A DNA stretch of 64,000 nucleotides from NCBI GenBank assembly GCA_030390025.1, contig CM059432.1:138820001-138884000 (forward strand), written 5' to 3'. Of the stretch, positions 35,711 to 49,382 are shown piece after piece. This DNA is from Squalus acanthias (taxonomy: Eukaryota). Numbering within the stretch: the stretch's first letter is position 1; every line of letters starts with the position of its first letter. A model generated the notes under the pieces. That model did not search any database and was not told where the DNA came from. It saw only the letters and a program-made list of their open reading frames with translations. A program made the translations under genes and the position numbers.

Positions 35711-38153
35711 GGGCCCGGATTTTTGCGGTAGAAATAGCGGTGAAGCTAACAGCGCTCACCGTTATTAAAGAGTAAATTGGACAGCGACTTCCGGCGACTG
35801 CACATGCACAGTTAAACGTGGGAATCAGGAAGTTGCTATCCGATTTACCCTTCGGCTCCAGAAGCTACGCTGTACCAGTACCTCGCCGAGAGACTCAGCA
35901 TTGAAACACATAGCACGGCATGAAGTTGCGGTACTTACATGATAGGTATCCAGTAAACACGCCAGAAAAGTTTAGGGCTTGTCCATTCCAGTGTAAGTGA
36001 ATTTTTAATGGCGTGATAAGTCTTAATTACTGCCAAACAACCTCTCTGGCACTGAAAATTTACTTTTACAAGTGTGGCGTCTCATTCCTTCAGATTTTAA
36101 TTATCGTTGGAGATTTAAAAAAAATAAAAAAATGTAAATAGTTTAAAAAAAAATTCTTTCTGTCTCTTTTATTTCTCTCTCTTAATCTAATCTCTCTTTG
36201 TTTCGCTTTCTGTACATGATTTTGCATTGAGTTGACTATTCTAACGGACAATTCCTGGTTCAGACTCTGCAGGCTGGATTTTACCAATCTCGGTGGGTCC
36301 GTGGCAGGTGATGTCGGTGGCAGGTCCCGACCTCGCTGCTGGCTCCCGCTCACTGTCCAAAATGATTTTCCCCTGATTGGGCTTGTTAAGCCCGCCCTGC
36401 GAAGTTCACGGCCAATTGATGGAAGTGGGTCTGATGACGTCATTTGATGACACGTGATCAGCCGGTTTCCTGAAAGGGACCGTGCGCAAATTTACTTTGA
36501 CAGTTGTGCTGTCAGTGTTCTACAGCACTCAGGTGCTGCAGACACTGACAAGCACTGCACAGAGGTGCACAGCTGCACCCAGGCTCTCCCATGACTCCCT
36601 CCATATGCTTATGGAGGGAGTCACAGCACGCAGGGAGGTTCTCTTCTCTTCCAATGGGCGGAGGAGACCTGCCCAGGAGATCAACACAGCCTGGTTGCAC
36701 ATTGCACAGGAGGACACAAGCAGGGATGTCGTAAGGAGGACCAGGCTGCAGTGGCGCAAACCTTTCAATGATCTCAGTAGATCACAAAACGTTACTGCAA
36801 AGCCACCAACAATCTCATCCTGCTGTGCCACTCATCACATCCCCATCACTCTGCCTTCCCTACCCTACTCCTGCACATCCTTACTCACACCAACTTACCT
36901 TGCACCTCCACCCAACCCTCTCTATCTACATTATCACTTCCCCATCTCACTAGCCACCCCTCACACTCACCCTCATCCTAGTCCAATCATATCAACTAAC
37001 AACACACAAGGGTAGGCACTTGGGTGTTTCAGCCAATGTTCATCTGAAGTTTCTGTTAATGTGCTGTCAAACATTGAAATCTTTATTTTCAACACTTTGC
37101 GTTCTTGGGCAGATTTGTGTGCACCTTTGCAAGTGGCTTAGTGAGTTGCAGTGAATGGTGAGACATAACGGTACTCCCCGCAAAGGCAATGAGTGTGGAA
37201 GGAGTGGCTTGGGCATTATCGGGATGCTTTATGTTGTTAGTGTGGGGTGGTGCCAACCTGGCGCATCATGTGGCAGCCAGGGTGTACAGCGTCAAGTGAA
37301 GTAAATCTGGCCATGGTGAGGCCATCCCTGGCGTCCCGGGCAGCAATGTGGTCGAATGCTGATGCCCTGTGCAGCATCAGCTGATTGCGGAGGAGGTTGG
37401 TTTTGTTGTTGGTGCTGCTGGTGTGCCTGGTGCTGCTGGTGTTGGGGCTGATCATGGTGGGATTCTGAGGACCAAGGCGAGATAGTTTCAAGGGCACCGA
37501 TGCTGATGTAATAGATAGCAGGTGAACTTGAGATGACAGAAGCGATCTGTCAATAGTGAGAGAGGTTGCTCCAATGAGGTGACTCTGGATAGAGACTTTA
37601 CTCCAAACACTCACAACATGCATAAAGCTCAATCTGTCTTCCAAATGCAGTAAGCAACAGCTTCTGAGCTTGGAAAGTAAACAGCTGTGAGATGGGAGCT
37701 TTTATAGCACATTTGCAGCTGTCAAGTAATGAGATGATTCCATGGTCATACAACTCCCGACCTCGTTACCTGATGTGATCCCTGAGCAGCGTGGACCCCG
37801 TGGGCAACCTCATAAAATGTGAAGGTGAGCTCAAAATACTTCTTAATGGGCTGTTAACAAGGTCATAATGACCTGAACTGCCTCCCCCGCCGCTGCATGT
37901 CGGGTCTGTTCAGCGCTGACAGACTCGACATCTGGGAAAGGCGCATGGTGGCGGGTTGACAGCGGGTTCCCGACCCGCTGTCAAAAAAAATCTTCCCACC
38001 CTACCCAAACGCGCCCGCTGACCCCCCGAAAATTTCCCCCTTGCGTGTCTCATTAACCATTCTTCAATCTGATTGGTTAAGGAGATACACAGTTGCTTGC
38101 ACCATTCACCAAGTCCCAGATCCACTGTAGAGGGCGCTGCGCCAAAATGGCGC
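35711..38153. mobile_element. Non-autonomous TIR element (Harbinger-like terminus gggcccggatttt) hosting a nested element
   Basis: Left end resembles the reverse complement of 44240-44362. Sequence resumes after 38044. Right boundary uncertain. Confidence 0.5.
36271..38041. mobile_element. Harbinger-like element with Myb/SANT-like ORF (+) and a deleted transposase remnant (-)
   Basis: TSD tgc (36268-70 and 38042-44). TIR aggctggatttt / aaaatttccccct. ORF 36482..37015 APRLSHDSL..LMEGV..RREVLF...AWLHIA...RTRLQWRKPFNDL. Confidence 0.8.
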
Positions 38154-38521
38154 TCTAATCACAGGAAGTTCTAGTACTCACACAAAAATGACAAGCCTCA
38201 CAAGGTCCATGCTATCCTGTCCTTGGCTCTTGAGCAAAATAACAGCAGCCGATTGTTGTATTTCCTATTTCTCAATCTAAGTGTGTCAGCTTGGTTCAGT
38301 TGGTAGCATTTATGCCTCTGCGTCAGAAGCTTTTGGTTCAAGCCCCACTCCAGGACTTGAATATGTAAGGGTAAATTTTGTCACGTGAGTTCCCAAAGCT
38401 CAGCCTTGTTCAAAGAAAAAGAAAGAATTTGCATTTATATAGCACCTTTCACAATCTCAGGATATCCAAAGTGCTTTACGGCCAATTAAGTACTTTTTTG
38501 AAGTATAGTCACTGTTGTAAT

Positions 38522-40232
38522 GAACATAAAATTACATAGGATATACGGCACAGAAACAGGCCATTCGGCCGAACCAGCCCATGCCGGCGTTTATGCTCCA
38601 CACAAGCTTCCTCCAGTCTTTCCTCATCTAAATCTGTCAGCGTAACCCTCTATTCCCTTCTTCCTCCTCCCTCATATGCTTGTCCAGCCTCCCCTGAAAT
38701 GCATCTATACTATTCGCTTCAACCACTCCCTGTGGTAGCGAGTTCCACATTCTCACCACTCTTTCGGTAAAGATTTTTCTTCTGAATTCCCTATTGGATT
38801 TCATGGTGACTATCTTATATTGATGGCCTCTAGCTATGCTCTTCCCCACAAGTGGAAACATTCTCTCTGTATCCACTCTATCAAAACCTTTCATAACTTT
38901 AAAGACCTCGATTAGGTCACCCCTCAGCCTTCTTTTTTCAAGAGAAAAGAGACCCAGCCTGTTCATCCTTTCCTGATATGTATATCCTCGCATTTCTGGT
39001 ATCATCCTTGTAAATCTTCTCTGCACCCTCTCTTGTACCTCTATATCCTTTTTATAATATGGCGACCAGAACTGTACGCAGTACTCCAAGTGTGGTCTAA
39101 CCAAGGTTCGATACAGGTTTAGCATAACTTCCCTATTTTTCAATTCTATCCCTCGAGAAATAAACCCTAGTGCTTGGTTTGCTTTTTTTTTTAAATGGTC
39201 TTGCTAACCTGTGGCACAACTTATAGTGATTTGTGTATTAGTACCCCGAGATCCCTTTGTTCCTCTATCCCACCTATAATCGCACCCTCCAAGTAATAAG
39301 TGACCTCCCTATTCTTCCTACCAAAATGTAATACCTCACATTTATCTGTGTTGAACTTCATTTGCCAATTATATGCCCATTCTGCAAGTTTATTAATGTC
39401 CTCCTGTAACTTGTTGCAGTTCTCCTCAGTATTGACTATCCCCCACACCACCCCTCCCCCCCACCCCCAATTTGGTGTCATCCGCAAATTTAGAAATTGT
39501 GTTTTTGATTCCAAAGTCTGAATTGTTACTATAAATTGTGAACAACAGTGGTCCCAGCACTGATCCTTGTGGAACACCACTACCCACCTTCTGCCACTGT
39601 GGATAGCTACCCTTTACCCCTACTCTCTGCTTTCTGTCTTGAAGCCAGCTCGCTAACCATTCTGCTACTTGTCCCCTGACTCCACATTCTCTGACCTTGT
39701 TCATCAGTCTATTATGGGGTACCTTATTGAAGGCCTTTTGAAAATCTAGATAAATTACATCTACTGCATTACCACTGTCTACTCTCTCTGTTACCTCTTC
39801 AAAAAATTCAATGAGGTTGGTCAAGCAAGACTTTCCCTTTTGAAATCCATGCTGACTATTCATTATTATATTTTTGGTTTCTAGATGTTCTTCTATTTTC
39901 TCCATTATTTTTCCTACCACTGATGTTAAGCTGACTGGTCTATAATTCCCTAAACATGTTCTATCCCCCTTCTTGAATATAGGTATTACGTTAGCTATCC
40001 ACTTGTCCTCTGGTACTACACCTTTTTCGAACGAATTATTAAATATGCCTCTGCTATCTCTTCCCTAGATTCTTTTAAAATGCGTGGATGCAATTCATCC
40101 GGACATGGGGTTTTATCCTCTTTGAGTTTGATTAGTTTATTTAATATATCCCCTCTTTTTATTTTAAATGCATTTATCTCATTACTAATCTCATCATCCA
40201 ATGTCATGTCCACCTGTTCTATCTCCCTAGTA
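38522..40232 (-). mobile_element. CR1 LINE, 5'-truncated, frameshifted
   Basis: ORFs 39426..39920, 39221..39580 and 38637..39143 carry RT and C-terminal motifs. Confidence 0.9.
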
Positions 40233-40270
40233 AATACGGCAGCCTGGTAAATACCCATTCTATCTCCATG

Positions 40271-40520
40271 GAAACACGGCAGCCAATTTGCGAACAGCAA
40301 GTCCCATAAACAGCAATGTGATAATGACCAGATAATCTGTTTTAGTGATGTTGGTTGAGGGATAAATATTTGCCAAGACACCGGGGAGAACTCCCCTGCT
40401 CTTCATTGAAATAATGCCATGGGATCTTTTACGTCCACCTGAGAGGGCAGACGTTTTTAACGTTTCATCCGAAAGACGGCACCTCCGACAGTGCGGCACT
40501 CCCTCAGTACTGCACTGGAG
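40271..40520 (-). mobile_element. DeuSINE internal fragment; a more diverged + copy follows at about 40600-40930
   Basis: Reverse complement of 17290-17550. Confidence 0.75.
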
Positions 40521-41085
40521 TGGTATGTAGACTGGAGAACTGGGCGTGGAGGTCAGCATGTTCAATTTGCAGTTGTGCAAAAATTAACCCTATATTATCG
40601 AGACTGACACTCCAGTGCAGTAATGAGGGTGCACTTCATTGATGGAGGTGAAGTCCTGTCTGCCTTTTCCAGTGGACATTAAAGATCTCATGGGAGTGTT
40701 CAAAGTTCTCGTGGTGCCCCAGGCAACATATCTTTCTCAACCAACATCCCCAAAAGCAGATTAACAAGTCCTTCATCTCTGCCATTTGTGGGATTTTGCT
40801 GTCTACAAAATGGCTCCTGTGGTTGCCCTTCATAACAACAATATCTGCATTTCAATATAACTAATTGAATGTGAAGCAGAATGACTATTTTGAAAGAAGC
40901 AATAAGGCTCTATATAAATACAAGTCTTCCCTTATTCTCAAATATTCATGAAGTGTGCTGTTGGCTGCTTAAAGACAAGCTAATTGATCTTGGGATCAAA
41001 ATTTAACAGGGCTACTTGTATTGTTTGCACATTAAAGCTGTTGATTTTATCACTTGACTTCACTGGAGACCGGAGTCCCCAGACT

Positions 41086-42330
41086 TCAAATATCTGGATT
41101 TCTAGTATGGAGCCTTGCTGCTCCACAATGAGTTAAAGGAATGGTGGTAGTACAAAACCTGCCATAGCCTACAGAAAAGGTGACTGAACCCAAAAGGGTT
41201 CGGTTTGCCCCTCTGAGTAATGGTGCTCGTAGACCAACAGAGAAAACATGGTCTGAAGATAAAAGATGGCGAAGGGCATCTTTAACAGTTTCAGTGTGGT
41301 TCTGATCAGAGAACCAAAATGTGAGCTCCTGCATCGAGGACACCCACGGTCATCTATTGCAACAGTCAAGTAGCCTGGTAGAAGTCTTCAGCCAAACAGG
41401 ATGCAAGACACATTGATGCATCTTTGACCTGTCTGAATCACTAAGAGAAGGTGGCAGGTCCACAGCTGTGAAGATCCTATTCAGTCAATATAATGGCAGG
41501 AATACCTCATCTTCAGAACATTCTGTACAAACACATTCTTCCCAGAAACCCAGCCACTGTGGTTGTTTGCTGAGGGGAATTACTAAGTAAATTTGGTAGA
41601 CGACAGCATAACTGATTGTTGTGAAACTATAATGGCTTTCAGCTGGCATGGTAGACCAGAGTAAAATGGTCATTGTAGATTTGTGTTATTTGCCAAATTC
41701 CCTTGTGATGGCTCATCAGAATACAGGGAAGGCAAATCATACTAAAATGTTGATGTGGACAGCTTCTATGAGGGTTTCAAAAGCAGCTGAATATTTAGAC
41801 ACAGCTCGGGCTGATATGTTCAAAGTCTTGGCCACATGAGCATTGAAAGCCCGAGATGAATCTCAATTGAATGAGGAACCTTCTCTTCAAAGTTGCATTC
41901 AGCCTTAGTGAAGAATGAAGCATGGGCTGCATATTTCAGTGATTGTTAGTGATTCAGTTGCTCCTAAGCAGCATTTGGTCAGAATACTCTACTGTTGGCC
42001 ATTACTTCATGCCAACCAGGGGATGTAATCCTGAAGGGGTGGAGATAGTCAGTCCTGATTAAAGCTGAGGAGACACCAATCATATTCTAATACCAACCTC
42101 AAAAAAACCACCCTATTTTGGCAGTGCAGAAGGGGTTGATCCAAAACCTGTTGATTGTTACTTGCAGGGCTGGGCTTCCTGGGTACATTGCACCTATCTG
42201 AGGCTTCTGCAGCTCTTTAGGATATCCTTTCATTCTTCCAGACGGTCTTCCGTCGTCCTTGCCAAGAATCCCAGACAATATCTGGCAGGAGGCCACGTCA
42301 TGCTTTGACAAAAGGCAGCAGAGAGTTTTT
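41086..42330 (-). mobile_element. Possible highly decayed L1/Tx1-like ORF2 C-terminal region
   Basis: Scattered minus-strand peptides GCPRC and TVKDAL resemble the Tx1 Cys-rich end. No long ORF. Confidence 0.3.
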
Positions 42331-43453
42331 GTAGCCTTCAGCTGCTGTGAGGGGCACTTAACAGAGTGTTTAAACCGAGGGGACTTTTAACTTCTTTTGT
42401 TTGATGACTTGAAGGATGCCGTACTTCCCAAATTAACATAGAAAAAGAATGAAAACACGGCAAATACACGGTTGAAGACAGGTTTGTGCAGAAACGGACG
42501 GACCTGTTGAAAACAGGAAAAGAACTGACCCATTAATGCAGGAGACATGTTTTTATATGGCGCAGGTTGAAGCTAACACTTGAAAGCACACAGGTATGGG
42601 AGCAGAATATGGTCACTTATCAAAGCAGCGGCAAAGTGAAATTTAGTTAGCACTCTGAGGATTCAGTCAGTGACGTAGTAAATTTCAGATAGCCAATCTT
42701 TCATCTGTTGCAGTCTCTAAATCGACAGGAAATTTTCTGACTTGAGGCCAGGTCCCGCCTTAAGTTGGAATCTCTGCCGAACAGCCCCATTGTCCTACGG
42801 TCATGGCATACAGCACGTGGTAAAAGTTGAATGTAATGGGACTGAACGCTGTAATGGTGCTCAGTCGAGGAAACAGCAGAACACTAAATGGAGCTTCTTT
42901 AAGAATGTCTCCTGGTACCAAGCAGACGGATTTTGTTTTAAAAAGTTGTGAGCAATGAAATTAAAGTCTAGTTTATAACACTCCCACATTATAAATGGCC
43001 TGTTTGGCTTGCTCCCAAGAAGCAAGTTATAACGACTGTCTACTTATTCATTTATAGAACAGGTGTTTTGATAAATGCTGTTAGATGAAAAGATGCTGTC
43101 ACACTTCAATTCGAGTGTCTGGAATGAAGCAAATCACATGATATAATGGAGAATTGTTAAGTCTCCTGCATTTTGGTAATAATCACCGCTGAAATCAAAA
43201 TCTCTAAAAGAAAAGAAAAACCGTATTTTAAACAATGCAGTCCATTTGCTTTTTGCACAACTGAGCTCCCTTTCTGAAGAACAAATTTCATATTCTGATG
43301 CTGACAATTGCTTCCTCTAGTCTATGGATATTACTAGTTATAGTGTTTATATTACTTTGACACCAGTTTATTACTTCACACACTTGTGAAAATATCATCT
43401 AACTATCTATATCATCCCCAACAATCCAGTAACATTAGAAGCACAATTAGAAT

Positions 43454-44362
43454 GGCCTGTAATATGCAGTCAGCGGTGAAGCAAAGGCGTTCGCCGCTGG
43501 CCTCGAAGTACGCTTCCCGCAAAGATCTTGCGATCTCTGTGGCGAAAACGCTCAGCTTTTCTGACACGCAGCTGAAATCAACTTAGTATGGTGGGAATCC
43601 CATAGCGCGCGAGCTGCTGTGACGTCAACAAGCTGTCTAAGGAGCCAATCACATTGCAGAATTCTCACAGACCGAGAACCAGGAAATAGAAAGCGCTAAT
43701 AATCAATCCATTTTTAAATAATTTAAAGAGAGCGAAATAAAGATTTTATACACACACATTGGGTTAAGGTAGAAGCTGAAATATCATGAAGAAACTTAAA
43801 AAAAAAAATTTTTTTTTAATTAATTTTAAAATCAAATAATTTTTTAACTTAATGGAGAAATTTTACATTCCGCCAATATAAAATTAGTTTTTCAGGGTCA
43901 GAACGGTTGTTTATCAGTAGTTGTTATTTCGATCGGCATCAAAACCTCCTATCTCATTTGAATGGGTCAAACTTTTTATGGGGTTTCCAACTGGGATTTA
44001 CCATGTGATTGGCTCCTTAGACAGCTTGTTGACATCACAGCAGCTCGCGCGCTATGGGATTCCCACCATACTAAGTTGATTTCAGCTGCATGTCAGAAAA
44101 GCTGAGCTGGTTCGGAAAAGAGGAAGTTTCTGTCAGATCAGTGATTTCACTGATTGACAGTTCTGGGGTGGGGGGGTGGGGGGCGGCGGGCAGTGGCGGT
44201 GGGGAGACTACAGCGCAGCCTGTGGAGGAGCAGCGATTGACGGACCGCAACTTCACGTTAAGGCTGCGTGTGCGCTAAATCCTGCAGTTGCGATCAGTTT
44301 CGAAGGCGAATTGACGGCGAATGCTGCCAGTTCGCCGTTATCAGGACAGCACGTTCCGGGCC
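43454..44362. mobile_element. Non-autonomous TIR element (Harbinger-like) containing a 105-bp internal inverted repeat
   Basis: Ends ggcctgtaatatgcag / cagcacgttccgggcc. CpG-rich relative to the flanks. Right end related to 35711-35840. Confidence 0.55.
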
Positions 44363-46352
44363 AAACTCTTAGGGAAAGCAGGCCCATAGGTCTGACTGTG
44401 CATAGGAACATCCAACACTTTCTATGTAGAAAATACACAAAAAAAATTTAAAAAGTGTGTCCTTTTAAAAAAATAAATAAACTATTAAGGTCCAAGGAAC
44501 AAACAGAACATGAGACTGATAACAGTACCATGCTGGGAATTTTTCGCTGAATGATAAAGATCTAATAATTAACTTGCCCTGTGTCGTGAATAAATTATGG
44601 GGTCTTTCTCACTTGCAAAACAAACTCAGCATTGCATCACTTCTGGCACAATACCATGCTTTCAATATTCACTTCAGTAAGAACACTTTTTTGGCCCACG
44701 TAAAAACCCTGTTCATATAATTAATATTTTCAAAAAGCAATTCATTTATAATTTACATTATTTAAATTTACATTTTATTCATGTATATCTTTAAAATCCA
44801 AGCTATTAATATTTTAGGCCAACTCCAAAAATATATATTTTTAAATCCTGAGCAGCCAGCACAAGCAAAGCACGATGCAAGGAAGCATTGTTTAATGGCC
44901 ATTTGCGGGTGCTCGTGCAATGCTTTCTCCAGCGCTGTTGGCGCTTCCAGTTAATAGCGCTGCATCAGACTCCCACCCTGAGTTTTAACCTCTCAGTCTC
45001 AGGTGTAGTAAAAGACTAGCCGGAATACTAAGTAAGTATTAGTGCAGACATGCTACATCCAATAAATGCCAAACAAAAATGCAGCAGATTTACTTTAAGA
45101 TTAATGGCACCAATGATAATGCTGCCAATCCTAAATGTGTGGAAATATACCTAAACAAACAGTGCTATTTTTTAAAACTGTTCTTGAAATGTGAGCAACA
45201 CTGTCAAGGCCGCATTTATTGCCTGAGAATGTGGTGGTGGGTTTTCTCTTTAGACCACTGCAGTCCTTGTGGTGATGGCGAGAGAATGATGGTTCAAATA
45301 TAAACCACTGGTTAGACAGGATACCAGACAGGTGACAAGAAATACCACATTACAAACAGAAGCATTATAACTACTACGGAAAAAACCTCTCTCCCCGCCC
45401 CCCCCCAAGACTATCCAATCCAAGAATACAGTCCATGGTGAAAAGAATAAGCTCCAGAAAGCACGTAACAAAATCCTTTTCAAATGTGCAATAACTTTAC
45501 TCATTTTACATTCAATTTGCAACATTCACATGGTCACACACAGACACACTTTAATTACTGGGGTTTCCAGTCTGAAGCTGTTAACCAAATCTGTGTATGC
45601 AACCGAATTAAGCATTCACAGACAGAATATCATTTGCTATAGCGAACACATTTTGCAAGTTAATATCTTCATGAACGCTGTATCCTGTAATTTCAGAAGC
45701 CAATAACTAAATCCAGATTAACTAAATTAGAATCCAAACTGTTTTTATACCAGGAAAGGATATACAACTGCAAAATGACATGGATGCTTTTCTAAACGTT
45801 AATACTGCAATGATTTTTCCTCAATTTTTAGAAAGCTTATTTTCAATTACAGGTTACCTGCATAAACGTTCTGTAGATTTTTACGACTAAATCTTGATTA
45901 TTTTTTTTTAAAGAGTCTGATCAAGATATGATCGTGGTATTTTTCTTTGCCTACCCACTGAAATGCTTCAGTTTTGCATCCTCAATTACAGATTATGCTT
46001 TCAAAATTCCCTGACTACGTTTAGAGGTTTAGCTGTTCACAATAAGTACAAGTGCGGAAAAAAACCAGAAAGCCTTGGAAATACCAAGCAGGTCCATCAA
46101 CGTTTGAAAAGAGAAAAGACAAATTAACGTTTTGTGTGGTAACCCTTGGAGAGAACTAGAAATTGGAAGAAAAGCAAGGCCGTCAATAGGACTGAACAAA
46201 GCACGGGGGGGGGGAAGAAATGAAGAGGGAACAACAGGTAAACGTCGAGTTACACAAAGCACTTACTAGTTTCAATGGCCAACAGGTTGCTGGAAAGCTG
46301 GAAAGCGGTGAAAACTATGTAAAGACCATCTCAGCATTACGATAATGTGCTA

Positions 46353-47592
46353 AAACAACTTGTATTTATATAGTACCTTTAACACAGTAAAACATCCCAA
46401 GGCGCTTCACAGGAGCGTTATCAAACAAAATTTGACACCGAGCCATATAAGGAGATATTGGAGAAAAAATTGGGTTGATTTGGGTTGATTTGCGCTTCTC
46501 GTTAGCGCCCAGGGCGCGGTGCCGCTAACGCCTCTTGCGAAATTCAGTGGGAGGTTAGCGGCGGCGGTAGCCGGTAGCGCCCCGCGGCACTGCGCCGCCG
46601 GCGATTATGTCATCGTCATGCGCAGAGACCCGCTTGCGCCCCGGCCACAAACTTCCCTTGCGCCTCCTGACCTATCGCCGGACGATATGTCCGACAGGGT
46701 CAGGGGGCGTTTTTGCAGTGGCGGTGGCGCTAGTAAAAGGGGCAGGTGTCGGGCGGCCATTTTTTTTTGGCCGACTGCCAGCACCTGCCCCCTTCACCCT
46801 TTTTTTCCTCGGGGTGCCGGCCACGATCGCTCAGCCCGGCACTCTTCTTGAGTGCCGAGCTGTTTTCACGGCACCCCGCTCCCCGGCGGTTTAGCAGGGC
46901 CCCAGTGCGTGCAGCGCTAGGCTCCTCCCCTTTAATCAGGGGAGGAGGCCTGCAATGACGCGGCGCTACATGCCGACGCACATGGCGCTGTTGCACGTAG
47001 CGCCGCAATCTTCAGTTGTAGCACCCCAAGAAGGAGGTGGAGCGCTTCCAGTAGCATCCACCTCCTGCTTGGGGCGCTACTACTGAATTTCTGGCGGAGG
47101 GGCGCTAACTTTTATGTTACACCCCAAAAGGGGCAACACCGAATTTTTCCCCCATTAGGACAGGTGACTGGTCAAAGAGGTAAGTTTTAAGGAGCTTCTT
47201 AAAGGAGGAGAGGTAGAGAGGTGGAGAGGTTTAGGGGGAATTCCAGAGCTTAGGGCCGAGCCAGCTGAAGGAATGGCCACCAATGGTTGAGCGATTATAA
47301 TCAGGGATGCTCAAGAGGCCAGAATTAGAGGAGCACCGATATCTCGGGGGGCTGTGGGGCTGAAGGAGGTTACTGATAGGGAGGGGCGAGGCCATGGAGC
47401 GATTTGAAAACAAGGACGAGAATTTTAAAATCGAAACGTTGCTTAACCGGGAACCAATGTAGGTCAGCGAGCACGGGGGTGATGGGTGAACCGGACTTGG
47501 TGTAGGTTAGGACGGAGACAAGAGAGTTTTGGATGAGCTGCAGTTTATGGAGGGCGGAGGACAAGAGGCCAACAAGGAGAGAATTGGAATAG
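46353..47592 (-). mobile_element. L2 LINE 3' fragment split by a MITE
   Basis: SPITPVLADLHWFPVKQRFDFKIL (ORF 47370..47564). Confidence 0.85.
46460..47153. mobile_element. GC-rich Harbinger-like MITE
   Basis: Exact TSD att (46457-59 and 47154-56). TIR ggagaaaaaattgg / ccgaatttttccccc. Related to 15479-16213 in the opposite orientation. Confidence 0.75.
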
Positions 47593-47799
47593 TTGAGAAA
47601 TTAACTAGACTGGAGGAAGTGACTTTAAGTTGCTGTCTCCAACGGAATGAAGAGTTTGGGGCGCTGGACGATGGTATGGGAAAAGCTGAAAATCTGTTGC
47701 ATCTGCTGTGGCTGCATGGGAAAGTGCCAGGGAAGAACAGCAGGAAGTCGACAATTTATGTGTACTTTCTCCAAACTCACATATCCGCGCCGTTACTAG

Positions 47800-48407
47800 G
47801 ACTGCCTATCTCCACCCCCGTAACATCGCCCAACTCCACCCCTGCCTCATCTGCTGCTGAAACCCTCATCTATGCCTTTGTTACCTCTAGACTTGGCTAC
47901 TCCAACACACTCCTAGCCAGCTTACCACTTTTGACCCTCCATAAACTTGAGGTAATCCAAAACTTGGCTGCCCGTATCTTAACTTGCACCAAGTCTTGTT
48001 CACCCATCACGCTAAGCAAGGCCTCGATTTTAAAATTCTCATCCTTGTTTTCAAATCCCTCCATGGCCGCGCCCTTCCCTATCTCTGTAATCTCCTCCAG
48101 CCCTAGGACCCTTTGAGATCTCTGCGTTCCTCCAATTCTGGCCTCTTGAGCATCTCCGATTTTCATCGTTCCACCATTGCCGGCCGTGCCTTCAGCTGCC
48201 AAGGTCCTAAGCTCTGGAATTACCTCCCTAAACCTCTCCGCCTTTCTACCTCCCTTTCCTTCTTTAAGATGCTCCTTAAAACCTACCTCTTTCTGCCCTA
48301 ATATCTCATGTGGCTCGGTGTCAAATTTTGTTTGATAACGCTCCTGTGAAGCACCTTGGGATGTTTTAGTACGTTAAAGGTGCTATATAAATACAAGTTG
48401 TTGTTGT
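47800..48407 (+). mobile_element. L2 LINE 3' fragment
   Basis: AETLIYAFVTSRLGYSN...LEVIQNLAARIL, followed by the L2 tail. Confidence 0.85.
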
Positions 48408-48417
48408 GTTCATTGCC

Positions 48418-48887
48418 CGTGGTGGTTCAGCTGGTAACACTCTCCTCTGAATCAGAAGGTTGTGGGATCAAGTCCCGCTCCAGAGACTTGAGCACAAAAG
48501 CTAGGTCAAAACTCCAGTGTTAGTACTGAGGGAGTGCTGCACAGTCGGAGGTGCCGCCTTTCAGATGAGATGTTAAACCGAGGCCTCATCTGCCCACTTG
48601 GGTAGATGTAAAAGATCCCATGGGACTATTTCAAAGAAGAGCAGGGGAGTTCTCCCCGGTGTCCTGGCCAATATTTATCCCTCAACCAACATCACTAAAA
48701 CAGATTATCTGGTCATCATCAAACATTGCTGTTCATGAGACCTTGCTGTGCGCAATTTGGCTGCCAGTATTTCCTACATTACAACAGTAACTACACTTTT
48801 TTAAAAAGTACTTCATTGGCTGTAAAGCGCTTTGGGATGTCCTGAGCTCGTGAAAGGCACTATATAAATGCAAGTATTTATTTCTTT
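48418..48887 (+). mobile_element. DeuSINE, near full length
   Basis: Colinear with 17190-17660. Confidence 0.85.
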
Positions 48888-49382
48888 CAAAGTTGGTAGA
48901 GTTAAAATGGAAGCAAACATCCCTCCTCACCAAAATACAACATGGAAGGCTACACACAGGAGTCCTGGACCAAGGCCCCAGTAGACTTTCAATCCAAGAT
49001 AATCAAATTATTGGTTCTTTGAAGGATAATGGATAGCTTGTAAGTTAGCTACTGCCAATCAGGTGAAGTTGTGGTTTCAATTACTGTCGGATATCAGAGG
49101 TGTGGTTCTCTACTCTGGCACGGTCAAATGCAGATTAGGTGGCAGGTTTATAGACAGAATAGAGTAGTTCAGTAAGCGTTATCCTGACCTTCCAGTGGCT
49201 CACTGCTTCAAGACCCTCTCCCATTTCCACTCTGAACTCTCTGCTTTTGGCATCCTATGCTGCTTTAACCAAGCTCAAAGAAAGCTTCAGGAATAAGCAC
49301 TGTACCTTTCCCCCGGGCACTCGGCAGTTTCCGGGTCTGAACATTGGCTTTGGCCCATTGCTTTCCCCTGCTGATTTCTTCG

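Noticed and set aside
46353..48407. Inverted L2 pair as one large TIR element
   Set aside because: The arms differ at many sites and by indels, and no TSD is evident. Two independent insertions explain it.
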